Part shown: positions 13,926 through 29,097 of the stretch, in pieces
Numbering within the stretch: the first letter of the stretch is position 1
Layout: each line of letters begins with the position of its first letter
From: Octopus vulgaris
Lineage: Eukaryota
Assembly: GCA_951406725.2 (NCBI GenBank)
Contig: OX597842.1
Location: forward strand, 8,928,001 to 8,992,000
DNA length: 64,000 bases
Direction of reading: 5' to 3'
Notes under the pieces: model-generated
What the model saw: only the letters and a program-made list of their open reading frames with translations
Database searches by the model: none
What the model was told of the DNA's origin: nothing
Program-made: the position numbers and the translations under genes

Positions 13926-14739
13926 TACATATATATATATTCTTTTACTTGTTTTAGTCAGTTGGCTGTGGCCATGCTGGGGCACTGCCTTGAAGGGTTT
14001 TAGTCAAATAAATTGACTCCAGGACTTATTTTTTTATAAAGCCTAGTACTTTTTCTATTGGTCTCTGTAGTTGAACTGCTAAGTTACAAGGACATAAACA
14101 CACCAACATTGTCAAGCAATGGTTGGTGGGGGGACAAACAGAGACATATATACATACATGCATATATATTTATATGATGGGCTTCTTTCAGTTTCCGTTT
14201 ACCAAATCTACTCCCGATGCTACAGTAGAAGACATTTGCCCAAGGTGCCACACAGTGGGACTGAACCCAGATGTGATTGAAAGAGCCCAAAGGTTTTAAC
14301 AATGCTGGAGCACCAGCAATGCTCCAGTATGGCCACAGCCATGTATATTTACATATCTATATATATATATATATATATGTGACAGACTCCCACACAGTTT
14401 CCATCTCGGCTTCACTCACAAGGCATTGGTTGGCCAGGGGCTGTAGTAGAAGACACACCCAAGGTGCCGTGCTGTAGGATTGAACCTGAATTCACATGGT
14501 TTGCAAAGTGAGCTTCTTAACCACATGGCTATGCCTGCCTAGCTGTAGCTGGTCATACCAGAGCACACCAGAACATACCACAATAAACCTGAACATCCCA
14601 CAATAAACTGGAACATACAAGAATAAACCTGAACATACCTGGGTAGATTGGAATGAACTAGAAAACCCTAAATCAGAACTGGAGCAAACTAGATGAAACT
14701 GGAATGGACCAAAACAGGTTGGAATAATCCAGAATACAC

Positions 14740-14955
14740 TAAGGTGGCAAATTCACTGAATTGTTACTGCACTGCGCAAAATGCTTTGTGACATGTTGCC
14801 AGTCTTGATGTTCTGAGTTCAAATTCTGCCAAGGTTGACTTTGCCTTTCCTCATTTCAGGGTCAATAAAATAAATACCAGTTATGTGCTGGGGTTGATGT
14901 AATTGACTAGCTTCCTTCTTCAAAGTTTCAGGCCTTATGCTAAAATTTGAAATCA

Positions 14956-14992
<37 letters not shown>

Positions 14993-15655
14993 GGTGGTGA
15001 GATGGCAGATCTGTTAGCATGCCAGGCTAAAGGCTTAGCAGTATTCTGCTCACCGCTACGTTGTGAGTTCAAATTCTGCTGAGGTTGACTTTGCCTTTTA
15101 TCCTTTCGGGGTCAATAAATTAAGTACCATTTGAGTACTGCGGTCAATATAATCAATTTACCCCTCCCCCAAATTTCAGGCCTTGTGCCTATAGTAGAAA
15201 GGATTATTATTATTATCATCGTCATCATTATTATTATTATTATTAAGGCAGCGAGCTGGCAGAATCGTTAGCACGCTGGATGAAATGCTTAACGGTATTT
15301 CGTATGTCACTACATTCTGAGTTCAAATTTCAGCAAAGTCAACTTTGCCTTTCATACTTTCAGGGTCGATAAATTAAGTACCAGCTGAGTATTGGGGTCG
15401 ATGTGATCAACTGTCCCCCTCCCCACAAAATCCAGGCCGTGTGCCTATAGTAGAAAAGATTATTATTAATGTTGGCAGTGCTTAGCCTTGTATTTTGTCT
15501 GTCTCTGTGTTCTGAGTTCAAATTCCACCGAGGTCAGATTTGCCTTTCATCCTTTTGGGGGTCGGTGAAGTAAGTACTAGTTGAGAATTAAGGTTGATGT
15601 AATCAAGTTACCCCCCGCCCCTTGAAAATTGCTGGCCTTGTGCCAAGATTTGAAA
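14740..15655 (+). mobile_element. Head-to-tail array of four MetaSINE-like copies separated by (ATT)n tails
   Basis: Repeated gagttcaaatt...tttgccttt... core with ATT tails. Confidence 0.75.
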
Positions 15656-16648
15656 CCAAGCGAGGTCATTGCCAGTACTGCCTGACTTGCCCCCATGCCA
15701 TGGCATGTAAAAGGGCACCATTCGAGCGTGATCGTTACCAACGTCGCCTTCTGGCACCTGTGTTGGTGGCATGTGTAAAAAGATTCAAGCGAGGTCATGC
15801 CAGTACTGCCTGACTGGCCCCCGTGCCGGTGGCACGTAAAAAGCATCCACTACACTCTCGGAATGGTTGGCATTCGGAAGGGCATCCAGCTGTAGAAACT
15901 CTGCCAAATCAAGATTGGAGTCTGGTGCAGCCATCTGGTTTCCCCAGCCCTCAGTCAAAATCGTCCAACCCATGCTAGCATGGAAAGCGGACGTTAAACG
16001 ATGATGATGATGATGAAGTGGCAAGCTGGCAGATTATGTGGGTTGATGGGGTAGCAGAATTGACAGTGTGTTGACAGTTGGATAAAGTGCCTCGTGGTGT
16101 TACGTTTTTGAGTTCTAATCCAACCAAGGTCAGTTTTTTTTTCTTCACCCCCTTTTTTTTTTTAAATTTATTTTTCATCCTTTCTGGGTAACAGGCAGGT
16201 TGACAAATAATTAAGTACCAGTTAACGAACTGCAGTGGTTGATTTAATCGACTGTGATCTTTCCAACCCAACAACAACAAAAAAAAGAAAAGAATAATAA
16301 ATAAGTAAAAATTTGAGGTTTTATGCCATTGTAAGAAATTACAATTAATTTTCCACCTTTGATCCTTTGCCCTCCTATGTTTTTTTTAACCCCACCCCCC
16401 TCCACTCCATCATTTTTTTTTTTTGTTTTTCCCTTTTTTTCTTTTTTTTTTTTTTTTGTCTTTTCTCCACTGCTGCAGTCCGCTGTTCCTCTGCTGCAAC
16501 ACTGCTGTGTAATACAAAAGAATAAATAAACGAAAAAAATTTCAAAAACTATTCCCTGAAAGGTCTACTACGAACTCCTTGTCCCAATCCTGACCACCCC
16601 CATACATTTCCTACCCCCCCATTCCTCTTCCCCTTCTCTTGTACAGAT

Positions 16649-16681
<33 letters not shown>

Positions 16682-16713
16682 CTACATACATATATATATA
16701 TATATATATAAGA

Positions 16714-16770
16714 AATAAAGAATGAGCTTCTTTTTCAAGAATATGTGTTTTGTTTTGCTTTTCATTGTTT
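16714..16770 (+). terminator. Candidate distal polyadenylation signal for XPO6
   Basis: AATAAA at 16714-16719 followed about 25 nt later by GT/T-rich tgtgttttgttttgcttttc; further AATAAA near 16521. Confidence 0.4.
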
Positions 16771-16962
16771 AAACTTAGGTTTTAGGTTGGTAACAGGGTG
16801 CCAGAGTTCAAATCCTGCTGAGGCCAGCTTTACCATTTAATCCTTTTGGGGCTCAATGAGATAAAGTACGAGAATTGATGGTATCAGGTAACCACCATCT
16901 CATCGACAATATACTGGCCTTGAGTCTAAATTTGAAATCATTATTATTATTATTATTATTAT

Positions 16963-17517
16963 TGAGTGAGAGAGCAGAGCATGCCATCAAAGTGACACTG
17001 GGTTAAAATATACGAAGCCCAGTATACCCATCATGACTACCCGCCTGATAAGGGTACACTAGGCACATGCTTCACAACCATATGTGTGCAGCATGGTGAT
17101 CTCATATCAAGATAAACAGCACATGACTTTGCAGGTGGGGCCCAGTTAGAATTTTCTTCCGGTCAAGTAGCCTATCCCGCTGAAAAGGTCACTGAATAAG
17201 GATTGTTTAAGGATGTTGAACGAAACACCCATGTTTCCCAAGGTGAATTATTCAAACCCCAAAGAATCCCTCTCAACACATGGCTATGATGCTCCCCCAC
17301 TACTTCTGCTCGTAATCTGAGATGCACATATCATCAGCCACTAAGGGACATGCTCGACTGGTTAAGGTCAAACAACTGACAAGCAAATCTGTGGTATTGA
17401 GCAGAATATTTGCTGTAGCCCATCTTTTATACCAAGACAAAACAATGTACATGATAACACTTCCAATCAGTTAAGATCGGAAGTTATGAGAACCACTGCC
17501 TGGTACTGCATCAGGGC

Positions 17518-17520
<3 letters not shown>
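16963..17520. mobile_element. Unclassified ~560-bp insertion inside an (ATT)n tract
   Basis: Higher-GC block with (ATT)n on both sides and no long ORF. Confidence 0.45.
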
Positions 17521-17574
<54 letters not shown>

Positions 17575-20500
17575 GGCAGCAAGCTGGCAGAATTGGTAGC
17601 ACACCAGGCAAAATACTTAGTGGCATTTCATCCGTCTTTACATTCCGAGTTCAAATTCCACTGAGGATGACTTTACCTTTCAGGGTGGATAAATTAAGTA
17701 CCAGTGAAATATTGGGGGTTGATGTAACTGACTAGTCGCATCACCACAAATTTGAGGCCTTGTGCTTAGCATGCCGGGCGAAGTGCTTAGGGGTATTTTC
17801 TCTGCCGTTGTTACGTTCTGAGTTCAAATTGCGCTGAGGTCGACTTTGCCTTTCATTCTTTCGGGGTCGATTAGATAAGTACCAGTTATGCACTGGAGTT
17901 GATATAATCGACTTTTGGAAATATGCTGTGCTTGAGAAGACCCGGCAAGCCAAGTGAGACCATAACCTCGTGGTCTATGCCACAGGTGTAACCAGCCCAC
18001 TTATGCATACCTTTCCTTCTTTGAACACTAAAACTCTGCTTGTGAAGACCTGTTGAGGCAAGTGAAATTGAAATCACAATCTAAGTAAAATTTAATGACG
18101 GGCACGAGCACCATATGAAAGTAATCATTGGCAGAGTGGCTAACCAGCTTCCGTGCCAGTGGCACAAAAGGCACCATTCAAGTGTGATCGTTACCAGCTT
18201 CACCTTACTGGCACTTGTAGGGTGCTAGAAGGTGCTAAGAGCACCATCCAAGCGTGATCGTTGCTAGAACGGCTAACTGGCTTCCGTGCTGGTGGCATGT
18301 AAGAGGTTCCATTCGAGCGGGATCGTTACCAGCATCACCTTACTGGCACCTGTGCCGTTGGCATGTGTAAAAAAATTCGAGTGAGGTCGTTGCCAGTACC
18401 ACCTGACTGGCTCCTGTGCCAGTGGTACGTAAAAGCACCCACTACACTCTCGGAATGGTTGGCATTAGGAAGGGCATCCAACTGTAGAAACTCTGGCAGA
18501 TCAAGACTGGAGCCTGGTGTAGCCATCTGATTTGCCAGTCCTCAGTCAAACCATCCAACCCATTCTAGCATGGAAAGCGGACGTTAAACGATGATGCTGA
18601 TGATGATGATGATATATAAATATATATTATATATACACAGGTATGGTGATGCAAACAGGTAAAATAGAACTCAAAATCAGAGTATATGTATATTTTTATT
18701 AATGTTTAGCAGAAGCAACAGAGTGACTCAAGGTCTGAGAGTTTCGTGCGTTGGCACTTACATATATATATAGAAAGTAAATATTTATCCTCATCAGCAT
18801 CATAATCATCACCATTATCATCATTTTAATGTGCAGTGTTGTTGTGCTGGTGTCAGAGGTGCAGTAGTGTTTGGCAGTACAGCATTGTCATGGTGGTGGT
18901 GGTCGTGGTGGGGTGGTTATTGATCTGTTGGATTCAGGTCAGATTTGAGAGGATTAGCGAGGTTATTGTTAGTTTCTGGTTAATCTCTGATATGTATGTG
19001 TGTGTGTGTGTGTGTGTATGGGTGGTAGTGTTTAGGGTAGTGGTGGTGGTGATGGTGTGAGGTGTTGGAGGGGTATGTACTGTATGGGGTGGTGGGGAGT
19101 GGTTTGGAAATGCTGGCAGTAGTGGCAATAGTTTTGGTGGTGGTATGGTGGGGTGGTGATGGTGGCAGTTGGTGGTGGTTGTGGGGATGATGGTGGTGGT
19201 GGTGGTGGTGGTGATGGTGGCAGTTGTGGTGGTGCAGATGATGGTGGTGATGACGGTGATGGTGGTGGTGGTGGTGGTGATGGTGGCAGTTGTGGTGGTG
19301 ATGACGGTGATGGTGGTGTTGGTGTTGGTTAGGGTGATGGTGGTGGTGGTGATGATGATGGTGATGATGATGGTGGTGGTGATGATGATGGTGGTGATGG
19401 TGATGGTGGCGGTTGTGGTGGTGCAGATGATGGTGGTGATGACGGTGATGGTGGTGTTGGTGTTGGTTATGGTGATGATGATGGTGGCGGTTGTGGTGGT
19501 GGGGATGATGGTGGTGGAGGTTGTAGTGATTGTAGTAGTTGTGGTGATGATGCACATATAACCAATGACAACACGAGCTAAATTGTCTTTACGATTATTT
19601 TTATTTATCTATGTGCCCTTTTCAAGCCTAGCCAGGCTCATGGACCCAGTTTCCCTGTTTCTGTGGCGCATGTGTTCTCCCCAGCTGGACAGGACGCCAG
19701 TCCATCGCAGCATTACTCAAGAAACAGGAAAAGGGAGTGAGAGAAAGTTGGGGCGAAAGAGTACAACAGGGGTCGCCACCACCCCCTGCTGGAACCTCAT
19801 CGAGCTTTTGGGTGTTTTCACTCAATAAACCGGCATGGAAGCCAGTTAGCTGCTCTGGCAATAATCATGCTCGGATGGTGCTCTTAGTGCTCCACTAGGA
19901 CGGATGCCAGTCATCGAATTTGATCTTGATTTCACTTGCTTCAACAGGTCTTCGCAAGCAGAGTTTAGTGTCCAAAGAAGGAAAGGTATGAATAGGTGGG
20001 CTGGTTATGCCCCTGGCATAGGCCACGAGGTTGCGGTCTCACTTTATACCATCATCATCATCATTTAACGTCTGTTTTCTATGCTAGCATGGGTTGGATG
20101 GTTCAATTGGGGTCTGGGAAGCCAGGAGGCTGCACCAGGCTCCAGTCTGATCTGGCAGTGTTTCTACAGCTGGATGCCCTTCCTAATGCCAACCACTCCA
20201 TGAGTGTAGTGGGTGCTTTTTATGTGCCACTGGCATGGAAGCTACTCAGGTGATACTGGCAACAACCACACTCAAATGGTGCTTTTTACATACCACCAGC
20301 ATGGGAGCCAATCAGGCAGCACTGGTAATGACCATGCTCAAATGGTGCTTTTTACATGCCACCGGTATGGGAGTCAGTCAGGCAGCACTGGCAACAATCA
20401 CGCTTGAATCGTGTTTTTTATGTGCCACTGGCATGGGACAGTCAGGTGGCACAGGCATTAACTATGCTTGAATGGTGCTTTTTACATGACGTCTATATAT

Positions 20501-21230
20501 ATATATAAATATATATACACACACCTATTTATATCTATTACTCTTAAACAAGAATATTTTTGACAGTGACCTTGAAGTTTTGGCCACCTCCCAACCCACT
20601 GATAAAACCTAATTAACACTCCACTCAACCTCATACACCCAAGGAAGATTTTAACTCCACGGAGACCATATAAAGCCAAGATTAACATCTGCAGTCTGAC
20701 GACGGGGCTTAACTAACAGCAACATTGAATTCATTGTTAATAATATCCTTGTTTAAGAAAAATAAATCTGTTCTCAACGAAAGTATGGAGTAACCCATCA
20801 GATAGATGTAAAATTGTGTTTATTATAACTGAACATAAAAACAAACATTAATATATATATCATCATCATCATCGTTTAACTTCTGCTTTCTGCCAGTTCA
20901 CTGTTTAATATTGGGACCCCATTGGTTATGATGACAAGGGTTCCAGTTTATAAAATCAACAGAACAGCCTGCTTGTGAAATTAAATGCAAGTGGCTGAGC
21001 ACTCCACAGACATGTGTACCCTTAATGTAGTTCTTAGGGAGATTCAGCATGACACAGAATGTGACAAGGCTGGCCCTTTGAAATATAGGTACTACTTATT
21101 TTTGCCAGCTGAGTGGAACAAAGTGAAGTAAAGTGTCTTGCTCAAGGACACACAGAAACTGGCACTGTATCGGTTATAAAGATGACTGTTCCAGTTGATT
21201 TGATCAACAGAATAGTCTGCTTGTGATATT

Positions 21231-21821
21231 TAAGTTAAGTTAATTTTTTGGCTCAAAAAGCAAAAAGCAAGGCCATGTAGGGGGACATGGAGTTATGTAC
21301 AGAGAGGGTGTTCATGCAAAGAGTTCAGGCCATTTCTGGTCAAGAGAGACTTTGAACCAAGCGGTCGTCGGCATCTTCACCATCTCATCCGGCAGCTTAT
21401 TCCACGGATCCGCAACCCGGACGGAGAAAGCCCCTCTCCTTCGATTGAGATGAAATCATCGCAGATAGAGCTTTTCGGAGTGACCCCGCAGCCGATGCTC
21501 TGGAGCAGGAGTGAAGAACAGCTCTTTCGAGAGGTTACACTTTCCGCTTATGATGTTGTGAGCAAGAATGAGATCACCACGGTGTCGTCGTTTATCGAGA
21601 GAATAAAGGTCGAGCGTCTTCAGCCTTTCTTCATAAGGCAAATGCTTGAGACCAAGAACCATGCAGGTAGCCAGCTTCTGGACTCTTTCGAGATGATGTA
21701 TGTCTTTGAGGAGATAAGGAGAAGAGGCTTGAATCCCGTACTCCAATATGGGTCTCACCAGCGTGACATAGAGCCGTAGGAATATGGCTGCTGTGAGCAT
21801 TCCGAATGACTGTCGAATCAA
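21231..21821 (-). mobile_element. CR1/L2-type LINE 3' fragment inserted in a SINE
   Basis: LYVTLVRPILEYG..LERVQ..LPYEERLKTLDLYSL..RHRGDLI; short tandem-repeat tail. Confidence 0.85.
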
Positions 21822-23331
21822 AAATGTGCAAGTGGCTGAGTATTCCACAGACACATGTACCCTGAACTTAGTTCTCAGGGAGATTTGGTGCGACACAAGA
21901 TGTGACAAGGCTGGCCCTTTGAGATACAACTTATTTTTGCCAGCTGAATGAACTGGAGCAATGTGAAATAAAGTGTCTTGCTCAAGGACACAACAGGAAT
22001 TGAACCCATGAATCATGTGCTAAATACTCTAATCCCAAAGCCACATGTGTTCACTGTTCAATATTACCTTCCTTGGAAACATGTGAAGGTTGGCAACTGG
22101 AAGAGTATCTGGTCTGTAAACCATCAACCTCATTAAATTCCATCTAAAAGAGTAGATCTAGAAACAAGGGCATTTTAGTTATCATCTTCCTGTCTTTGCT
22201 TGCAGGCATTGTGTATGTAGGACTACATAATCCAATGTGTCGTTTTTTTTTTGTAAGTTTGCATTGGGTGATTTCAGAAAGATTTGGCTACCATTTCTTG
22301 TTTATTTATTGCCCACAAGGGGCTAAACATAGAGGGAACAAACAAGGACAGACAAAGGGATTAAGTCAATTACATTGACCCCAGTGCGTAACTTGTACTT
22401 AATTTATCGACCCCCAAAAGGATAAAAGGCAAAGTTGACTTCGGCGGAATTTGAACTCAGAACGTAATGGCAGACGAAATACCGCTAAGTATTTCGCCCG
22501 ACGTGTTAACGATTCTGCCAGCTTGTCACATTTTGGCTGCCGTTTCTACCTTGTTGAATGACTATGTTGAGTTTTCCTTATAGCTAGAGCTGGTGTTGGT
22601 GGTGGTGGTGGTGTAGGTGGTGATGGTGGTGGTGATAATAGTGTTGAATGTGGTGATAGTAGTGTTGAATGTGGTGGTGGTGGTGGTGGTAGTGGTGGTG
22701 GTTCTCTGGGTGTAGGTGGTGACGGTGGTGGTGATAGTAGTGTTGATTGTGGTGGTGGTGATGGTGGTGTAAGTTGTGATGATGACGATGGTGGTAGTGG
22801 TGGTTGTGGTGGTGGATACAGTGATGGCAATGGATGTGGTGATAATACTGAATGTGACCGTTGTGATGGTGGTGATAATCGTTGTGGTGCCAAAACCACC
22901 ACCACCACCACCACCTCAACCATCTTCACCAGCACCACCACCACCACCACAACTACAACAGCCTTATCAGCTACAGACCTAAACTCGTCCGCATCTATTA
23001 ATACATATTTTAGGATAGCCTCCAGCAATATCTGGGTACCTTCCATGGGTATATACACACTTACGTACACACGTGCAGATGTGAGAGTGTGTATATATGC
23101 ATATACACATGTACACACACACACACACCACATACATTCATATACATATAAAGGCATGCACGAATATATCAAAATGCTCTACGACCTATTTAATACACAC
23201 ATTTATAAATATATACATATACATATATGTGTGCGCATGTATATATATATATGTGTGTGTATATATATATGTATATATATATACATGAATACACACTCGC
23301 ATATACATATACATATATATGTGTGTGCATG

Positions 23332-23362
<31 letters not shown>

Positions 23363-23665
23363 GAATACACACACACACACATACATATACATATATATGT
23401 GTGTGCGTGTATATATATATACATACACATACAAACGCACACACATACATATACATGTATGTGTATGCATGTATATATATATATACATACATAAATATAC
23501 ACACACATACATATACATATATATATGTGTGTGCATGCATATATATATATATCCATATATACATACATACATGCACACACATACACACACATACATACAT
23601 ACATACATATACATATATATATGTGTGTGCATGTATATATATACATACATATACATATATATAGG

Positions 23666-23707
<42 letters not shown>

Positions 23708-25049
23708 CATACACACACACACATAAAGCTTGAATCTTGTCTACATGTCTACCAGTGTGCACACACACACAGACACACACACGAACACATAAATATGCAT
23801 AGGTGCACTTATAAACATCTAAAATTGATCTGGTAAAGCGGATTATTTCCCCATAATTGATACATAATTAGTATATATATAATTAGCATGTATATATATA
23901 TATATATATACATAGGCACAGGAGTGGCTGTGTGGTAAGTAGCTTGCTTACCAACCACATAGTTCTGGGTTCAGTCCCACTCCATGGCACCTTGGGAAAA
24001 TGTCTTCTACTATAGTCTCGGGCCAACCAAAGCCTTGTGAGTGGATTTAGTAGATGGAAACTGAAAGAAGCCCATTGTATGTATATATATATATATATAT
24101 ATATATCACTGTGACCGATCTGGCTATCAGATGTTGCTACACATCGCTGGTCACAATGCGCTTTGTATTGTTTTAGCCTTCAAATGACGCCACCCCGCTG
24201 GCTAAGCGAGCAGGCCAACAGAAGAAAGAGTGAGAGAAAGCTGTGTTTTCGCTCAATAAATACTCACAACGCCCAGTCTGGGAATCGAAATCGTGATCCC
24301 ACGACTGTGAGTCCACTGCCCTAATCACTGGGCCATTGCGCTTCCATATATACACATACATATATGCATATATATGTGTGTGTGTGTCTGTGTTTGTCCC
24401 CCCAACATCGCTTGACAACCGATACTGGTGTGTTTACGTCCCCATAACTTAGTGGTTCAGCAAAAGAGACCAATAGAATAAGTACTAGGCTTACAAAGAA
24501 TAAGTCCTGGGATCGATTTGGTCGACTAAAGGTGGTGCTCCAGCATGGCCACAGCCTACTGACTGAAACAAACAAAAGAATAAAAGAATACATATATAAT
24601 ATATATATATTCTTTTATCCTTTTACTTGTTTCAGTCAGTAGGCTGTGGCCATGCTGGAGCACCACATTTAAAGGTTTTAATCAAACAAATCGATTAAAG
24701 AGATCAATCCTATGGACCCTTTTGCTGAAGTGCTAAGTCATGGGGACGTAAACAAACCAACAGTGTTTGTCAAGCAGTATGGTGGAACAAACACAGACAC
24801 AAAAAACACACACATAGATACTACATATGTAATTACACTTCAGCAATGTAACTACACACAAACTGTTGGTGATTTCTTTTCCTTCTTTGGACTTTTCCAT
24901 TCTTCTTCCTGACAAAGAGCTGTGCTCAAAATGTCAAAGTCTCTATTTTCACCAAGCATCAAACAAATACATTTCTTGTGTACATCCTCTTGTTGTCTGT
25001 TAATTTTACTCATTTATTTGAATTAATTGTTAATTTGAATTGACTATAT

Positions 25050-25565
25050 ATATTTGGTCATCCCATAAATAATGTGGTTTTTTCAGTTGCTTGAACTAAA
25101 AATCGGAGAGAGACAGGATAAACTACCTGCATCAACTTGCTATAAAAGCAGGTAGTAATTTTACCTTGTACTTATTCTTAGTTCAAGTTTTGAAGAGTAC
25201 AGTTCGATTTTAAGTTATTTTTTCAAAGCTATAATGGAAGTAACAAAGGAGCATATTTGACATATTTTGTTTTATGAATTCAATAAAGGCAACAACACAA
25301 CAGAAAGTGCAAGGAATACTAATGCAGTATAAGGGGTTTGGATGATAAGCGTAAGCCAGTGTCAACAGTGGTTCCAGAAATTCTGAGCTGGAAACTACAG
25401 CTTAAAAAATGAGTCTCATCCTGGAAGATCTGTAGAGATTGACAAGGATTTCCTGCAAATCCTGGTGGAACAAAATCTCATTGTAACTGTTGAGGAACTA
25501 GCAGAAAAGTTGGATTTGGTCATTCAACCATTCATTGATACCTGTGTGCCACTGGAAAAGCCAGT
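25050..25565 (+). mobile_element. Mariner transposase 5' relic
   Basis: From ATG 25234: MEVTKEHI*HILFYEFNKG..QWFQKF*AGNYSLKNESHPGRS, with stops; HTH region of mariner transposases. Confidence 0.8.
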
Positions 25566-25656
25566 GTGTGTGTATAATTGTTAAAGAGAACAACAAACAT
25601 TAAGGCAAGGCAAACATCTCAAGTCATATACAATATTATTATAGGAAAAATTCAAA

Positions 25657-25713
25657 GTCTTACAGCTGTTTTCGGGGATATCTCTGAGTATAGGATATTC
25701 CATCATCAGAGAC
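25657..25713 (-). ncRNA. Hammerhead motif, slightly degenerate
   Basis: Minus strand gtct CTGATGA tggaatatc..gatatcccc GAAAA cagctg TA agac. Confidence 0.65.
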
Positions 25714-26129
25714 AAATAGGGAAAATGAGAATGGTATATATTAATGAGATAATGACAAAGAGGAAGGGAGTAAAAGAATAAGGAGATGGAAAGAGAGAAA
25801 AAAAAAAGAAGCATCAAAGTACATGGTTCAACTTTCTGAAGTTATAGAAACCAGAGCATGAATCCTTAGCTGCAATCCTGCATATATCCACCAATCTTGC
25901 ATATATCCATGTGGGTTAAAATCCTGGTATAGTAGACATCCAGAGAAAAAAGACACAAACATATTTTTTCCCTGGATGTCTTTTAATTTTGCACATGTGC
26001 ATTGTTTGTTTTCGATTTTATCAACTACACAGTATAGTAGGGTCAGTTGGGCACCATCTGTGAGAAAATCAGCACCATGATGCAATTCACTGTACTAGAA
26101 ATTTGTAAATGACATGCTGTACTGCTTGG

Positions 26130-27265
26130 CATTTGTGTAAGAAGCTCCAAGATGAACATTTCAGAGTGTTTGGGTGTCAATCTGAAGACAGTGCAGAGGA
26201 TTCGGAAAGAATTGGATGAGTCTAATGGTGATTACAAAGGTATGGCAGCTTGGAAGAGTCATTACGATTGTTCTGATATGAAAAGAAGTCCTGAATTTAT
26301 TGGGGAGATCCGGGCCATGATTGACAACAATCCCTCCAAGTTAATCAGGTCCGTTGCCAGGGACATGGGAGGGTCTGAATTTCTTATCAGGCAGGAAGTG
26401 CATGGAAATATTCATTATTCCTCATACAAGATGAGAAAGGGCCAATTTCTATCCCACGCCATCAAGATCAAGAGGAAAGACTGCACTACGAAGCTTTTGA
26501 ACACTCAAGCACCCCCTCCAACTGAACTTGCTTTGAGTTTACTCAAACAAGAAAATTTCTGCTGGGATCAGATGGTGAACACACAGAGCAACCATTGGCT
26601 TGCTGTGTCCCCAAAACATGTACCGAGTGTGATAGAAATCAAACATCTAGTTGACATCATAGTGTTTGGAATGATCACGAATGATGGCAACGTTATGCTT
26701 CCATTCATCTTCTTAACCCTAACCCTAACCCTTACCCTCAGACTCAACAGGGAGGCCTACATCAAGTGCCTGGAGGAGGTAGTGCTGCCCTAGATCAAGA
26801 GAGTGGCTGCTGGAAGACCCTATGTCTGGCAACGGGACTCTGCACCATGTCACACAAGCAGGAGAACCCAGTCTTGTCCATCAGACAATATTTTTGCAAC
26901 CACATCACTCCTAACATCTGTCCTTCTAACTCCCTAGATTGCAATCTCCTTGATGATTATGTGTGCGGTGCAGTCAAGTGAGAGACCAACAAAACTCCTT
27001 GTAACACCAAAGATGAACTGAAGGCAAAGATTATGGCAGCGTTGACCAACTTAAACAAGGAGACCATCCAGAAGAATTTCAGAAGATTCTGAAGTCGTCT
27101 GGATGCTGTGATTGAAGCCAATGGCAGTTTTATTGAATATATTTATTCTTTAGTATTTCAAGATATTTTTATGTAATTTTGGTAAATATATCTGTTAAAA
27201 TGAGATGTCAGTGTAACTTTCATTTTTGCATAATTTAGATGACAGTTTATTCACCACACCCTCTG
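26130..27265 (+). mobile_element. IS630/Tc1-like transposase relic
   Basis: ORF 26152-26793 (ISECLGVNLKTVQRIRK..YIKCLEEVVLP) continuing into WQRDSAPCHTS and PSNSLDCNLLD; disrupted. Confidence 0.85.
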
Positions 27266-27277
27266 TGTGCGTGTATA

Positions 27278-27318
<41 letters not shown>

Positions 27319-27413
27319 GTATATATATATATATATATGTATAAATATGTATATATACATACATATATATATATTTATATATATAAATGCATAGATATGT
27401 ACATTTATATACA

Positions 27414-27463
<50 letters not shown>

Positions 27464-27568
27464 GTACATTATTTTTCATGTATATATATGTGGATGTATA
27501 TATATAAAGACATATCTATCTATTTTACATACACTCACACATATAAATATAAATATGTAAATAGATAG

Positions 27569-27626
<58 letters not shown>

Positions 27627-27861
27627 TTATTTTTATATGTATAAAGAGAGAGAGGTATATATGTCTGTCTGTCCGCTCAGATATTTATATCCACACACAC
27701 ACACACACACAAGATCTCCAGGATTTGAGAGAATCAGGTATTTAAACAGTGAAAGAACCAAGGTCAGGTTGGTGATAGTAAATCCAACTGTTGCTATACA
27801 CACACACACAACAACCTCTCTCTTTTTACTTTAAGTATATATATAATTATCTATCTATTTA

Positions 27862-27892
<31 letters not shown>

Positions 27893-27925
27893 CAGCCCGG
27901 CTATATATACACATACATACATACA

Positions 27926-27959
<34 letters not shown>

Positions 27960-28084
27960 CATACACACATATATACATGCATACATACATACATACATAC
28001 ATACATACATACATACATACATTCATACATATATACATGCATACATACATACATACATACATACATACATACATAGATACATAC

Positions 28085-28115
<31 letters not shown>

Positions 28116-28894
28116 CACACATACATACATATACATACATACATATACATACATACACACATACATACACACATACATACACACATACACACATACACAC
28201 ATACATACACACATACACACATACATACATACATACATACATAGATACATACATAAATACATACATATATACATACACACATACATACATACACACATAC
28301 ACACAGCATCATCCACCCTTCTCCCACCCGCACCACTCATCCTCTGTGGCTTGAGGTCATCCCTACTTATAAGAAATATTTACCAAATAGCATTATGTGG
28401 TGCGGGGAGAGGAAGGACAGGGAGAGAGAGAGAGAGAGAGAGAGGAGGAAGGGTTGAAAATGGATATAGAGATAGGGAGGGAGGGATAGGGAGGGATAGA
28501 GCGAGAGGGGAGGGAGGAATAGTGATGGAGACAAATAAGTATATATATATAGAGAGAGAGGGGGGGGGGGGAAAGAGGGGGAGAGGGAGACACAGAGTGA
28601 AGAGGAGGAGAATTACTAAGAGAGGAGGATAGAGTGAGAGGAAATGGGGGAAGGGTTGAGGTGGAAGCATAAATAGAAAGAAAGTGAGAGAGGGTGAGAG
28701 GGAGAGATGTGAGGATAGGGCTTGATAGAAAGATATAAAGAGAAAGAGAGAGAAAGGGATAGAGATGGAAATAGAGAGAGAGAGAGAATGTGAGGGAGAG
28801 GGAGTAAGGGGCAGAGATGGGAAGAAAGGTAAGGGTAAAGAGTGAAAGAGAAAGAGAGAGAGAAAAAGAGAGAGAGAGAGAGAGAGAGTCAGGA

Positions 28895-29062
28895 AGATAG
28901 ATAGATAGATAGACAGACTGACAGACAGATAGATAGATTGATAGACAGACAGACAGATAGCTAGCTAGCTAGCTAGACAGATAGATAGACAGACAGAGAG
29001 ACAGATAGATAGACAGATAGATAGACAGAGAGACAGATAGATAGACAGACAGACAGACAAAC

Positions 29063-29097
<35 letters not shown>

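Noticed and set aside
14560-14740. 20-bp periodic repeats (also ~30-bp units at 13350-13530) resembling a CRISPR array
   Set aside because: Degenerate contiguous minisatellites without unique spacers or cas genes, in a eukaryote
17280-17356. Possible HDV-like ribozyme (ctaagggac)
   Set aside because: Could not assign the P1/P2/P3 pairings by eye
20697-20790. CTGACGA as a possible hammerhead core (also 58199 and 44845)
   Set aside because: No convincing helix II followed by GAAA and a cleavage triplet
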